From: Octopus vulgaris
Lineage: Eukaryota
DNA length: 64,000 bases
NCBI GenBank assembly: GCA_951406725.2
Contig: OX597814.1
Location: forward strand, 114,328,001 to 114,392,000
Direction of reading: 5' to 3'
Positions 26,001 to 39,100 of this stretch are shown here, one piece after another. Position 1 is the first letter of the stretch. Each line of letters opens with the position of its first letter. A model generated the notes under the pieces. It saw nothing but the letters and a program-made list of their open reading frames with translations, did no database searches and was not told the origin of the DNA. The position numbers and the translations under genes were made by a program.

Positions 26001-28797
26001 TACTACTACCACTACTACCAAAACCACCACCACCACCACCACTATTTAGTAAAGGCATCGATCATCTGCAGCTAAACTTTAACCTTTCGCTGTATCCTTT
26101 TAGTTGAGACCTTTTAAACTAATGCTGGCCTTCATGCTAATTCACTTCCTCTTTTTCTACTCTTTCACAACTGACCCCATTTTTTTCCCCCTTAAGTATT
26201 TTCTGGAGTTACACCACCTATGATATTACCTTATTTTTTCCCCTCTACCTTCTTATGTTGTTCCACCCTCAACTAACCCCCCCCCCCATACTTCACCTTT
26301 TAAACTTCATTGTTTCATTATATCTAGAATAAAATATTTTTTTCTTATTTTTTCCCTTCTTCCCCTAATCTTTCTAATCAACTCACTATTGATTATTTCT
26401 AACATTTCCAGGCCCGTTTCAATTATTATTACTTTATCTTAAGTCATTTTTTTGTAAAAATAACAAGACAAAAAAAGAAAGAAAGAAAAACTACCAATTT
26501 TGGTTAAATTTGTATTTTTCTCTAAATTTTAAGAATTCACAAATTAACCTCTAATTTGATAAATAACTACAATATAATTAAATTTGAACAAAATATTATT
26601 GCTTTACTAATCAGAATCATCGGTAAAGCATTCTTTATTAATTCTTTTATCTTTTACTTATTTTAGTCATTTGACTGTGGCCATGTTGGGGCACCATCTT
26701 GAAGGTTTTTAATCTTGAACAAACCGACCCTAGCACTTAGCTTTTTTAGACCTAGTACTTATACTGTCGGTCTTTTTTACTAAACTGCTAGGTTACAGGG
26801 ACATAAACACACCAACATTGGTTGTCAAGTGGTGTTGGGGGATACAAACATAGACACAAAAACACACACACATGGATATATATATATGTGGAGGCACATG
26901 GCCTAGTGGTTAGAGCAGCAGACTTCTGGTCAAGGGATCGCAGGTTCGAATCTCAGACCGGGTGATATGTGTGTTTATGAGCAAAACACCTAAGCTTCAT
27001 ACGGCTCCAGCAGAAGGTAATGGCGAATTTCTGCTGACTCTTTCACCTCAACTTTCTCTCACTCTTTCCTCCTGCATCTAGCAGCTCACCTGCGACAGGC
27101 TGGTGTCCTGTTCAGGTGGGGAACCTATATGCCAAGGAAACCGGCCCTTATGAGCCAGGTGTGGTTCAAGAAGGAACAAACAATATATATATACATGCAC
27201 GTACATACATACATACAAATCCACGTACAAGGCTTTGGTTGGCCCAAGGCTATAATTGAAGACACTTGCCCATGTGGTTGGGAAGCAAACTTCTTACCAC
27301 ACAGCCACACTTGTGTTTAAATTAAATTTAAATAACTTCACACATTTCACTGGATTTACCTGTTTTTTACAGGTGCCAGTATAGGTGCTTTTTTGTGTAG
27401 CACCAGCACCAGTGCTTTTTGTATGGCACCAGCACCAATGCTTTTTATGTGGGACCAGCACAGGTGCTTTTTATGTGGGACCAGCACTGGTGCTTTTTAT
27501 GTGGGACCAGCACTGGTGATTTTTGTATGGCACCAGCACCAATGCTTTTTATGTGGGACCAGCACAGGTGCTTTTTATGTGGGACCAGCACTGGTGCTTT
27601 TTGTATGGCACCAGCACCAGTGCTTTTTATGTGAGACCAGCACAGGTGCTTTTTATGTGGCACCAACATGGATGCTTTTTATATGGCACCAACACAGATG
27701 TGTTTTACATACCGCCAGCATCATAATAATAATGATGAGATCAAGAGGCTGAAAAGATTTAATACTTATTTCCAGATTTTCTAACTTGAAACTGATGTGA
27801 GAATAACTTTACCATGGATAGGATGCTACTCTACTACAAGTAACTTTTTTGGGAAGCCAGGAGGCTGCGCCAGGCTCCAGTCTGATCTGGCAGTGTTTCT
27901 ACAGCTGGATGCCTTTCCTAACGGAGTGGTTAGCGTTAGGAAGGGCATCCAGCTGTAGGAACACTGCCAGATCAGACTGGAGCCTGGTGCAGCCTCCTGG
28001 CTTCCCAGACCCCGGTCGAACCATCCAACCCATGCTAACATGGAAAACGGTGATGATGGTGGTGGTGGTGGTGGTGGTGTAGTTATTCTCCAACTTCAAA
28101 AAAAGGAGCATACAGTATTAAATGCCTTATCCAGTCATACACAATACACATAACTGAAGAGCTGAAACTTAACATCATCTCCTCTTAATTAGCACAATTA
28201 CATCGTCGTCGTCGTCATTTAACGTCTGCCTTCCATGCTGGCATGGGTGGGACAGTTTCATAAGAGCCAGCCAGGCAGAAGCCTGTATCAGACTTCTGTA
28301 ACTGTTTGGCAAGGTTTTTACAGCTTCATGCCCTTCCTAACACTTACCCCTCAGCAGAGCGGACTTAGTGCTTTTTACGTGGCACAAGCATAGGCGATGT
28401 CAGTTTTGGCAAGGTCTTTACAGCTGGATGCCCTTCCAAATACCAACCACTTTACAGTGTGATGAAATCTAATGGGAGAGGGGGTATTAAAAGTATTAAA
28501 AGAATTAGGTGCAAGAATAGCTGTGTGGTAAGATGGCATGCTGAGATTGAAAAGCAGGAGTAAATTATGCCTACCTAATTGACAAAAAAAAATTGTTTTT
28601 GCATTTTATGCATAGTAATTAGAATAAATAGGTGTGGGAGTGGCTGTGTGGTAAGTAGTTTGCTTACGAACCACATGGTTCCGGGTTCAGTACCACTGCA
28701 TGGCACATTTGGCAAGTCTCCTCTACTATAGCCTCGGGTCAACCAAAGCCTTGTTTGTGGATTTGGTAGATGGAAACTGAAAGAAGTCCATCGTATA

Positions 28798-28866
<69 letters not shown>

Positions 28867-31800
28867 GTGTGTATATGTTTGTGTGTCTGTGTTTGTTCCC
28901 CCGACCATCATTTGACAACCGATGCTGGTGTGTTTACGTCCCCGTAACTTAGCGGTTCGGCAAAAGAGACCAATTGAATAAGTACTAGGCTTACAAAGAA
29001 TAAGTCCTGGGGCCGATTTGCTCGACTAAAGGTGGTGCTCCAGCATGGCCACAGTCATATGACTGAAACAAGTAAAAGAGTAACCTTCATAATTTTATTG
29101 AATTAGGTGCATATTTTACCTTAAAAGAAAATATTGCTATCAATCTTTTTTTTTATTTAAGGTAGGCACTGTCTACCTTGCCTGCCTTGGTGACACATCC
29201 CTGCTGTATACCTACTTTTGCACACCCCGCTCTGTATAACAAGAAGTAGTGAAGAATTGTCTACATTATTGGATTTTCAGTTGAACTTTGGTACATGTAA
29301 AGCAGGTGTACAAAGAATAGTACAAGATATTGGAATTTATTAGTGCCTGAAGAAAATTGCTAAACTTATCTATGCACCACCATGTCGTAATTAATCACTA
29401 ATATCATTAACCACTAATAACATAATAATCACATTTACTAGTATAAATACACAGATGTACTTAAAATAATGATGTACTAATACAAGAGATTCACCAATAT
29501 AATTATACAGAATTCATCACTCACCTTGCTGATAAATTAAATTACAGGTAATTTAAAATTTCAGGTAAATAAACTAGAAAAAGAAAATGAGAAAAGTTTA
29601 CTTTGAAAATAAAAATATTTTATAAAAGTAAAATCATCATCATCTTTATCATCACCATCTTCATCATCATCATCATCATCATCATCTGCCTGTCTGTTTT
29701 CCTTGCTGGTATGGGTTGAGGTTTGGCTAGAGCTGACAAGCTGGAGAGCTTCACTAGGTTCCAGTTGGGTGTTTTTGTATTGTTTCTGTGGCTAGATGCC
29801 TTTCCTAATGCCAACCACTTATACAGAATGTACTGGGTGTTTTTTACATGGCACCAGCACAGATACTTCCTATGTGGCACAGGTACAGATGCTTTTCATG
29901 TGACGTAGGCACAGATGTGGAGGTGCAATGGCCCAGTGGTTAGGGCAGCAGACTCGCGGTCGGAGGATCGTGGTTTCGATTCCCGGACTGGGCGTTGTGT
30001 GTATTTATTGAACGAAGACACCTAAAGCTCCACGAGGCTCTGGCAGGGGGTGGTGGCGACCCCTGTTGTACTCTTTCGCCACAACTTTCGCTCACTCTCT
30101 CTTCCTGTTTCCTGAGTAACGCTGCGATGGACTGGCGTCCCGTCCAGCTGGGGGGAACACATATGCCACAGAAACCAGGAAACTGGGCCCATGAGCCTGG
30201 TTAGGCTTGAAAAGGGTGCATAATAGAAAAAAAAGGCACAGATGCTTTTTACTTGACACCAGCACTGACAGGATCACAGAGTAACTTGCAAGACAAAACT
30301 TATACACATTAGATAATATTTTTTTTTTATTTTTGTGGAAAGTTGTAAATGCATAAGTCAACCTTGTAGAATGCACATCTAAAAGTTATTTCAAAAGCCT
30401 GTCCATTAAGGGCAGGGGTGCTTTCCTTTTATAGTGTATTCTTTGTACAGTCTCTTGTGATTGGCTTTTTAAAAAAAAAAAAAAATCCTTACCTCTTTCA
30501 TGGAAATTGGTTGAATTCAGTAGTATATCATTCTATCATATCTCTCTCTCCCTCAACTGCATTGTAATGTCTGCTTTGAAATGCAAATGGTTTTATCACT
30601 TTTAACCCTTTCGTTACTGTACTTCTGTTGAGATGCTCTGTGTTTCTTTCAATTACTTTAAATATAACAAAGAGTTTAGTAAAATAACTTGGTTATCATT
30701 AAGCTAGTGTTAGGAACATAAATTGTGACTAAGGTTTGGTGGAAGGTTTTAATTCAAAACTTATGAAAACAAGACATTTGTACTGAGAGCCAAATCTGCT
30801 TTCAGCCAGGTTGGTATCTAAAGAGTTGAGAATTGTTTCTCTATTATATATTTTAACCCATTCATTACTGCATTTATTTTAAGATGTTCTGTGTTTCTTT
30901 CAATTACTTTAAATATAACAAAGAATTTCATAAAATAACTTAGTTATCATTCAGCTAGTGTTAGGAAAATATATTGTGACTAAGGTTTGGTGGAAGGTTT
31001 TAATTCAAAACTTATAGAAAACAAGACATTTGTACTCAGAGCCAGAGCCAGTTTCAGCCTGAAAAAAAGAAAATGTAAAAATGGCATTCACAGTACTCCT
31101 ATCTAGCAATCAAGTTATTGTCACCACTTATTTATCCAGTCTATTTATCAAGAAATAATTCATTATCTGATTCATCTGATCTACACCATTATCTGTTGGC
31201 ATAAGGCTACCCCATCTCTCTACTCTAGCAAGTGTTTATCTTATGGAGTTACTTATTGGGTGGTATTGGATGGATTGGTAATCTAGGAATGTGTATATTT
31301 TTGGGTGGCATTGAGAAACATTAACCCTTTCGTGCCGAAATTTTTCTCGTGATTGAAATTGCCTGAAAATTCACAGATATTCTTATTTTGACCTAAATAA
31401 CAGCTAAAAAAAAATGTCATTGAAATCCATTTGATACAAACTGCATATGTGTTAAGAACATGTTTCATTCTTTGATACAGATCATACACAAATGACAATT
31501 TGTATCAAGTATTTGTTTTATACCCTTATAAATTAAGGGTCAGATTAAACGGACAATCGGCATGAATGGGTTAACACATTGCTCTGGAAACAACTGAAAA
31601 TAAGTTTACATGAGCTTGGTTCCTAAACCATATGGTTCCATTTCAGTCCCACTGTGTGCCACGTTGAGCAAGTGTCTTCTACTATAGCCTCGGACTGACC
31701 AAAGTCTTGTGAGTGGATTTGGTAAATGGAAACTGAAAGAAGTCTATGTGTGTGGGTGTTTTTGTGTTGATGTATATCCACCACCATCCCTTGACAACAA

Positions 31801-33905
31801 ATGTTGGTGTATTTATGTCCCCATAATTTATTGCTTCAGCAAAAGAGACCAATAGAATAAACACTACACTTTAACCCTTTTGTTACCAACCTGGCTGAAA
31901 CTGGCTCTGGCTCTGTAGTACAAATGTCTTGTTTTCATAAGTTTTGAATTAAAATCTTCCACCAAACCTTAGTCACAATATATTTTCCTAACACTAGCTG
32001 AATGATAACTAAGTTATTTTACGAAATTCTTTGTTATATTTGAAGTATTTGAAGAAACACAGAGCTTCTCAAAATAAATACAGTAACGAAAGGGTTAAAA
32101 TATATGATAGAGAAACAATTCTTAACCATTTCATTAGCAACCCAGCTGAAACCAACTCCAGCTCTGAGTACAAATGTCTTGTTTTCATAAGTTTTGAATT
32201 AAAATCTTCTTCCAAACCTTAGTCACAATTTATGTTCCTAACACTAGCTGAATGATAACTAAGTTATTTTACTAAATTCTTTGTTATAGTTAAAGTAATT
32301 GAAAGAAACACAGAGCTTCTCAAAATAAATACAGTAATGAAATGGTTAAAAAAGGAATAAGTCCTATTTTTGATTTGTTCGACTAAAACCCTTCAAAGCA
32401 GTTGCCCCAGCATAGCCACAGTCCAATAACTGAAACATGTAAAAGAAAAAAAAAAAAACGAGTGCTGCAAGTGTGTATGGTCTGGCTTTGCTGATTTGCC
32501 ATTTGGTTGTAAATTTTGTTCTTGATTATGACCCGAATATTTGAACCCCTAAGCCACATGGTGCCATGTATGTTCCAGTAGTATTTAAAATGTTCTTAAC
32601 TCCTATATATTTTAACAAATTTCAGTCTGTCGGGGTGTCGGCCATTACTGGTCAAGGATTTCCTGAATTCCTCAAACTTGTTGATGATGCTACAGAAGAA
32701 TATAAACAGTAAGTTGTTTCACTTTTCCTTTCTGGTAATTCGTTAATCTGTCTTTGGTTTAATAATTCTCAAGATTAACCAGAAATAATGGTTTCTAAAT
32801 TGGCATGAAGTCAGCAGTTTTGAGATAAGCTGGGGTTAGTTAATACCACTGACCCTAGTACTTGACTGCTATTTTATTATATTGGCCCTGGAAGAATTAA
32901 AAACAAATTTTCCCTCAGTTGGATTTGAAACCAAAATGTAAAGAGCCAGCAGAAAGACTCATAGCATTTTGTCTGAGTTGCTAACAATTTGGTCAGGTTG
33001 CTACCCTGGATTAACAAGAAAATGGTAAGAATAATAATTCTTTCTACTGTTGGCACCAGGCATGACATTTTTTGAGGGGAGGGATCTAGTTAATTTTGAT
33101 ATCAACCCTGCTGAAACAGGCTGTGGCTCTGTAGTACAAATATCTTGTTTTCATAAGTTTTGAATTAAAATCTTCCACTAAACCTTTGTCACAATTTATG
33201 TTCCTAACACTAGCTGAATGAAAACTAAGTTATTTTACTAAATTCTTTGTTATTTTAAAAATTAATTGAAAAAACGCAGGGCATCTCAATAGAAATACGG
33301 TAACAATAGAAAACCATATACTCAAAAAAAGGAAATAAGAATAATGATAATAGACATGACAGAGTTGAGACCTATATACACTGGAACAGAAAAAAGATGG
33401 TATAGGCATACACCAGAAAAGGTCACAGAAAATGAGAAAGCAACCATACTATAGGATATGCCAATACACACAGATAGAGAAATTAAGGCAAATAGGCCAG
33501 ATATAGTTGTCAGAGATCATGAAGGAAAAAAATGCTTTCAAAACGATGTATCAATACCAACAGATGACAACATTTCTCTAAAAGAAATGGAGAAAGTTTC
33601 AAAATACAAAGACCTGGAAATAGAGATAACTCGAATATGGAGTCTAAGACAAACAATTCCTATCGAAATAGGCATGTTAGGTATGATTAAGAAATATTCA
33701 GCCAAATACATAACAAAAACACCAGGTCTAATAAATATATATAACATACAGAAAATAGCACTACTAGGCACCACACACATTCTATGTAAAACGCTTTCAG
33801 TACAGTAACAATAAGAGCATCATAACAAACCACAGCACATACCCAAGGCACACAGAGCTGTACTTGGTAGTGCAGTGAAAGCATGTGATAAAAATAAGAC
33901 TACTC

Positions 33906-33937
<32 letters not shown>

Positions 33938-34861
33938 TGATGGTGATAATAATTAGGTGTGAAGCAATTGTTTTGTTAAAGACATACAAGTATATGTTAT
34001 TTCTTTTTTATTACAACCAATTACTTATGTTTAATGAACTGTGGTTCACCTTTGAAAAAGTTGTTAATTATGTATGAAATAAGTTTCATGTAAAGCAAAG
34101 TGTAAAAGTTGGGAATGGAGTTTGATAGAGTCCTATGAGGATAGGGGGAAAAAAACCATCTGTAGAAAATGTCAGAGGTTGCCATGGGAGAGTTGAATAA
34201 CATATCGTCTGTTGTTGTTATTGTATCGATGCAGTGGTTATCACAAGGTTTTGGGGTCAATCCTACTGCATGGCACTTCAGAAATTCCAGGTTGGTTCCA
34301 GTGTGCTGGATGACCATTGTGATTGAGGCACCCCATAGCTTTTGTTAAAGCATGCGTCCAGAACCCACTTCAAACTCAGGCTGTGTCTGCTCCGATAATT
34401 GGCGGTGACTTGGTCAGCTAATCCTCTGCGACGGTTAACAATCGATGGCAAGATGAGCTACTGTGGATGACACTATCACAAAATGTGGCGCCAGAGTGGC
34501 TGTGTGGTAAGTAGCTTGCTTACCAACCACATGGTTCTGCGTTCATTCCCACTTCGTGGCACCTGGGTAAGTGTCTTTTACTATAGCCTCGGGCTGACCA
34601 AAGCCTTATGAGTGGATTTGGTAGACAGAAACTGAAAGAAGCCCGTTGTATATATTGCATATATATATATAATCTTCATCATCATCATCGTTTAATGTCC
34701 GCTTTCCATGCTAGCATGGGTTGGACGATTTTGACTGAGGGCTGGTGAACCAGATGGCTGCACCAGGCTCCAATCTTGATCTGGCAGAGTTTCTACAGCT
34801 GGACACCCTTCCTAACGCCAGAAATATATATATGTACCCATAACACCTATCTTACTTTGTA

Positions 34862-34910
<49 letters not shown>

Positions 34911-36099
34911 ATGTTTGTGTGTCTGTGTTCCCTCCAAATCGCTTGACAACCGATGGTAGTGTGTTTAAGTTCCTGTAACCTAGTGTTTCAGCAAAAGAGA
35001 CCGAGAGAATAAGTACTAGGCTTACAAAGAATAAGACTTGGGAGTCGATTTGCTCAACTAAAGGCTGTGCTCCAGCATGGCCACAGTCATATGACTGAAA
35101 CCAGTAAGAGAGTATGTGATCGGGGACCACAGGTGAACATGTATTGCCACTGAAACTATACCTCAACAGTGAATGACAGCTTCAGCTGGACATGGTCAGC
35201 AGTCATCAGGGACACGGTGAACTTGTTGGTCACTGTTGGCTCCACTAACCCCAAGTGAATGCTGCCCCAAGTACAAGTACATATATGGCATCTCTGCTAT
35301 GTGTCTTTACCATAACCTCGGGTTTATCCAAGTCTTCATCATCATTATCATTTAACGTCCGCTTTCCATGCTAGCATTGGTTGGACGATTTTGACTGAGG
35401 GCTGGCGAACCAGATGGCTCCACCAGGCTCCAATCTTGATCTGGCAAAGTTTCTACAGCTGGATGCCCTTCCTAACACCAACCACTCCAAGAGTGTAGTG
35501 GGTGCTTTTTACGTGCCAGTCAGGCGGTACTGGCAACAACCTCGCTCGAATCTTTTTACACATGCCACCAGCACAAGTGCCAGTAAGGAAACACTGGTAA
35601 CGATCACGCTCGAATGGTGCCTTTTACATGCCACCGGCACAGAAGCCAGTTAGTCGCTCTGGCAACGTAAGTAAAATTTGGGTAGATGGAAACTGTGTGG
35701 AAGCCTATCAGATAGACTGTAGCTGTAATTCAAAGGTCCTGTCTTGTCACATATCGTCTCATTCTAATATGGTTTAGGGATTATATTAAGGGGTTGATGG
35801 GTTTGTGGAGTACTCAGCCACTTACACATTAATTGAATGTGTTGGATGTGGATTTCTTTTGTTCCATTTTACTTGTTTCAGTCATTGGACTGTGACCATG
35901 CTGGAGCACACCCTTAATAGGTTTAGTTGATAAAATTGACCATCAATACTTCTTTTAAGCCTAGTATTTATTTCGACAGTCTATTTCTGTTGAACTGCTA
36001 AGTTGCAGGGATGTAAGTAAACCATAACCAGTTGTAAATTGGAGAATAATCTAAAAGACACACACCCATGTGCACATACACGTACTGACACACACACAT

Positions 36100-36168
<69 letters not shown>

Positions 36169-39100
36169 TGCGCACACACACACACACACACACACACACT
36201 TGTTTGGGCTTCCATACAGTTTCCATCTACTGAATTCACTCACAAGGTATTGGTTAGCTGAGGGCTACAGTGTAAGACATTTGCTCGAGGTGCTGTCTAG
36301 TGAGACTGAACCTGAAACCGCTGAGTTGCAAAGTGAGCTTTTTAAACCCCTCAGCCATGAATGCTCGCTCCTATTTGGAAATGATGGACAATCCATCGTT
36401 GCTGACCACCACCATTAAACTTCTCAAAGCCCACTGGTAAATCGTTTTCTTTTGCAGAGAATATCTGCCAATGTATGATAAATTACAGAAAGAAAATGAA
36501 GCCCGGATAGAAAAAGAAAAAGAGAAACAACTGCAAAGAGTGAAAGATGACATGGCTACGGAGGATATCAAAGGTAAGAGTCTGTGTGTCTGTGATGCTT
36601 TTGGTCCTTTTCTGTTTTGTTTTTTGCTTCTTGCAAATTTTGTAATTTTTTGTTTGGCTGGCAAAAATCAAATTTTATCATAGTTTTATCAAATAGATCA
36701 TCATCATCATCATTGTCATTTCATCATCACCATCATCTTCAACATTGTCATCATCATCATCATCATTGTCACCTTCATCATCATCATCACCATCAACCGT
36801 CATCATCATCACCATCATCATCACCACCATCATCATCATCATCATAACCGTCATCATCACCATCATCACCACCATCACCACAATCATCACCACCATCACC
36901 ATTATCATCACCATCGTTGCCATCAAGATGGCAGTGATGGGGTGCCAGAGAACCCTCAAGGTACAAGGAGGTGAGCCTATGTGAGGGTACAGAGTGGATG
37001 AGGAGTGGGTGGGGGGTTATTTGTTTCATAAGAGTGTGAGGGGAGAGTGACGGGTGATTAGAGATGGAGGTGGAAGTGATGTAGTGAATGATGTATGAGG
37101 GTGAATGTGTTGTTGATGGGGGTGGGGATATCAGTATGGAAATGGGGTAGGTGTGAGGGGTAAAAATGGCTCAGGAAGTAGGTGGATGATGTGTAGGGTG
37201 TGTGGGGAGGGAGATGTAGACGTACATAAGGGTAGCTGTAGGGAGTGGATCAGGATGGCAGAAATGAGAGCACAGTTTTTAAATCTTGGTTGCGTGTGTG
37301 TGTGTGTGTGTTTGTGTGTATGTGTGTGTGTGAATATGTGTATATGCTATGCTTGAGAAGACTCGCCAAGTCTAGTCGTGACCATTGCTGGTGTCATATA
37401 AATGGCACCCATGCCAGTGGCACATAAAAAGCTCCCATTACACTCTGGGAGTGGTCGGTGTTAGGAAGGGCACTCAGCCATAGCAAAATCCAAGCCAAAT
37501 CAGATTTGGATCTGGTACAGCCCTCTGACTTACCAATTCCAGTCAAACCGTCTAACCCTTACCAGCATGGAATGCGGACATTAAATGATGACGATGATGT
37601 CCTTGCCTTGAGATCGTGTGATAATTGTAAATGTGTGTCATTGTCAAAGAAGGCGTATCATTAATTTTCAACCTTTGGTGAAAACATCTTCAGTCCAGTT
37701 ATATATTTAAGAGATGAGGAATTATGTACTTACCAACCACATGGTTCCGGGTTCATACCCACTGCGTCGCACCTTGGGCAAGTATCTTCTACTATAGCCT
37801 CGGGTTGACCAAAGCCTTGTGAGTGGATTTGGTAGACGGAAACTGAAAGAAGCCTGTCGTAGATATGTATATATGTATGTGTGTGTATATGTTTCTGTGT
37901 CTGTGTTTGTCCCCCCAACATCGTTTGACAACTGATGCTGGTGTGTTTATGTCCCCGTAAATTAGTGGTTCAGCAAAAGAGACTGATAGAATAAGTACTA
38001 GGCTTACAAAGAATAAGTCGTGGGGTAGATTTGCTTGAATGAAGGTGGTGCTCCAGCATGGCCGCAGTCAAATGACTGAAACAAGTAAAAGAGACTATGA
38101 TTTACATTATTTACATTTGACAGATATTTGTCCTCATCTTGTTTGCTGTTAACACAATGTTTTGGCTGATATACCCTCCAGCCTTCACCAGCTTCGAAAT
38201 TTCCTCAAGGCACCTGATGAAGGCTGGAGGGTATATCAGCTGAAACATTGTGTTAACAACAAACAAGATGAGAAATATCCGTCAAATGTAAATAATGTAA
38301 ATAACATCTTCAGTGATAGGAAAATATTAGCTTGCTTAAGAACACTTGAGGGTTGGTAACAAGAAGGGCACCCAGCTACAGAAAATCTGCCTTAACGAAT
38401 TCCATTTGAGCCATGGGGGATAAAAAAAATGTTAAAACAATGATGGTGATGATGATGGTGGTGGTGGTGATGATGGTTATGATGATGATGATGATGATTA
38501 TGATTGGCAGTGATGGTGATGATGGTAGGAATGGCTGTGTGGTAAGTAGCTTGCTTACCAACCACATGGTTCCGGGTTCATTCCTACTGCATGGCACCTT
38601 GGGCAAGTGTCTTCTACTATAGCCTCGGGCCGACCAAAGCCTTGTGAGTGGATTTGGTTGATGGAAACTGAAAGAAGCTGTCGTATGTGTGTGTGTGTGC
38701 CCTTGTCTAGATATCACATGTTGATTGTAAATGATGATGATCATCATCTTATCATACAAGTGATGTTGTTTCCCTTCTTCCATGAATAACATGTCCAGCT
38801 GCTGGAAAATATTATCTTGCATGGAGACAGTTGAGGGTTGGCAACTGGAAGGGCATCCAGCCTTAGAGAATCTGTCTCAACAAATTCCATCTGACTAATG
38901 CAAGTATTAAATAAAGATGATGATTCTTCCATCCTTTAATATTGGCACAGTGTGATTTGAGGATAACTTGGCTGCTGTTTCTTGCAAATTAAGTGACCAC
39001 ATAGTGGCCTCTTCATCAGCCCATTTTAAAGTGTTGTTTTATCCAGATGTAACAGATGAAATCATTTACATTATGTTTGTCTTTTGCAGAAACATTTGGT

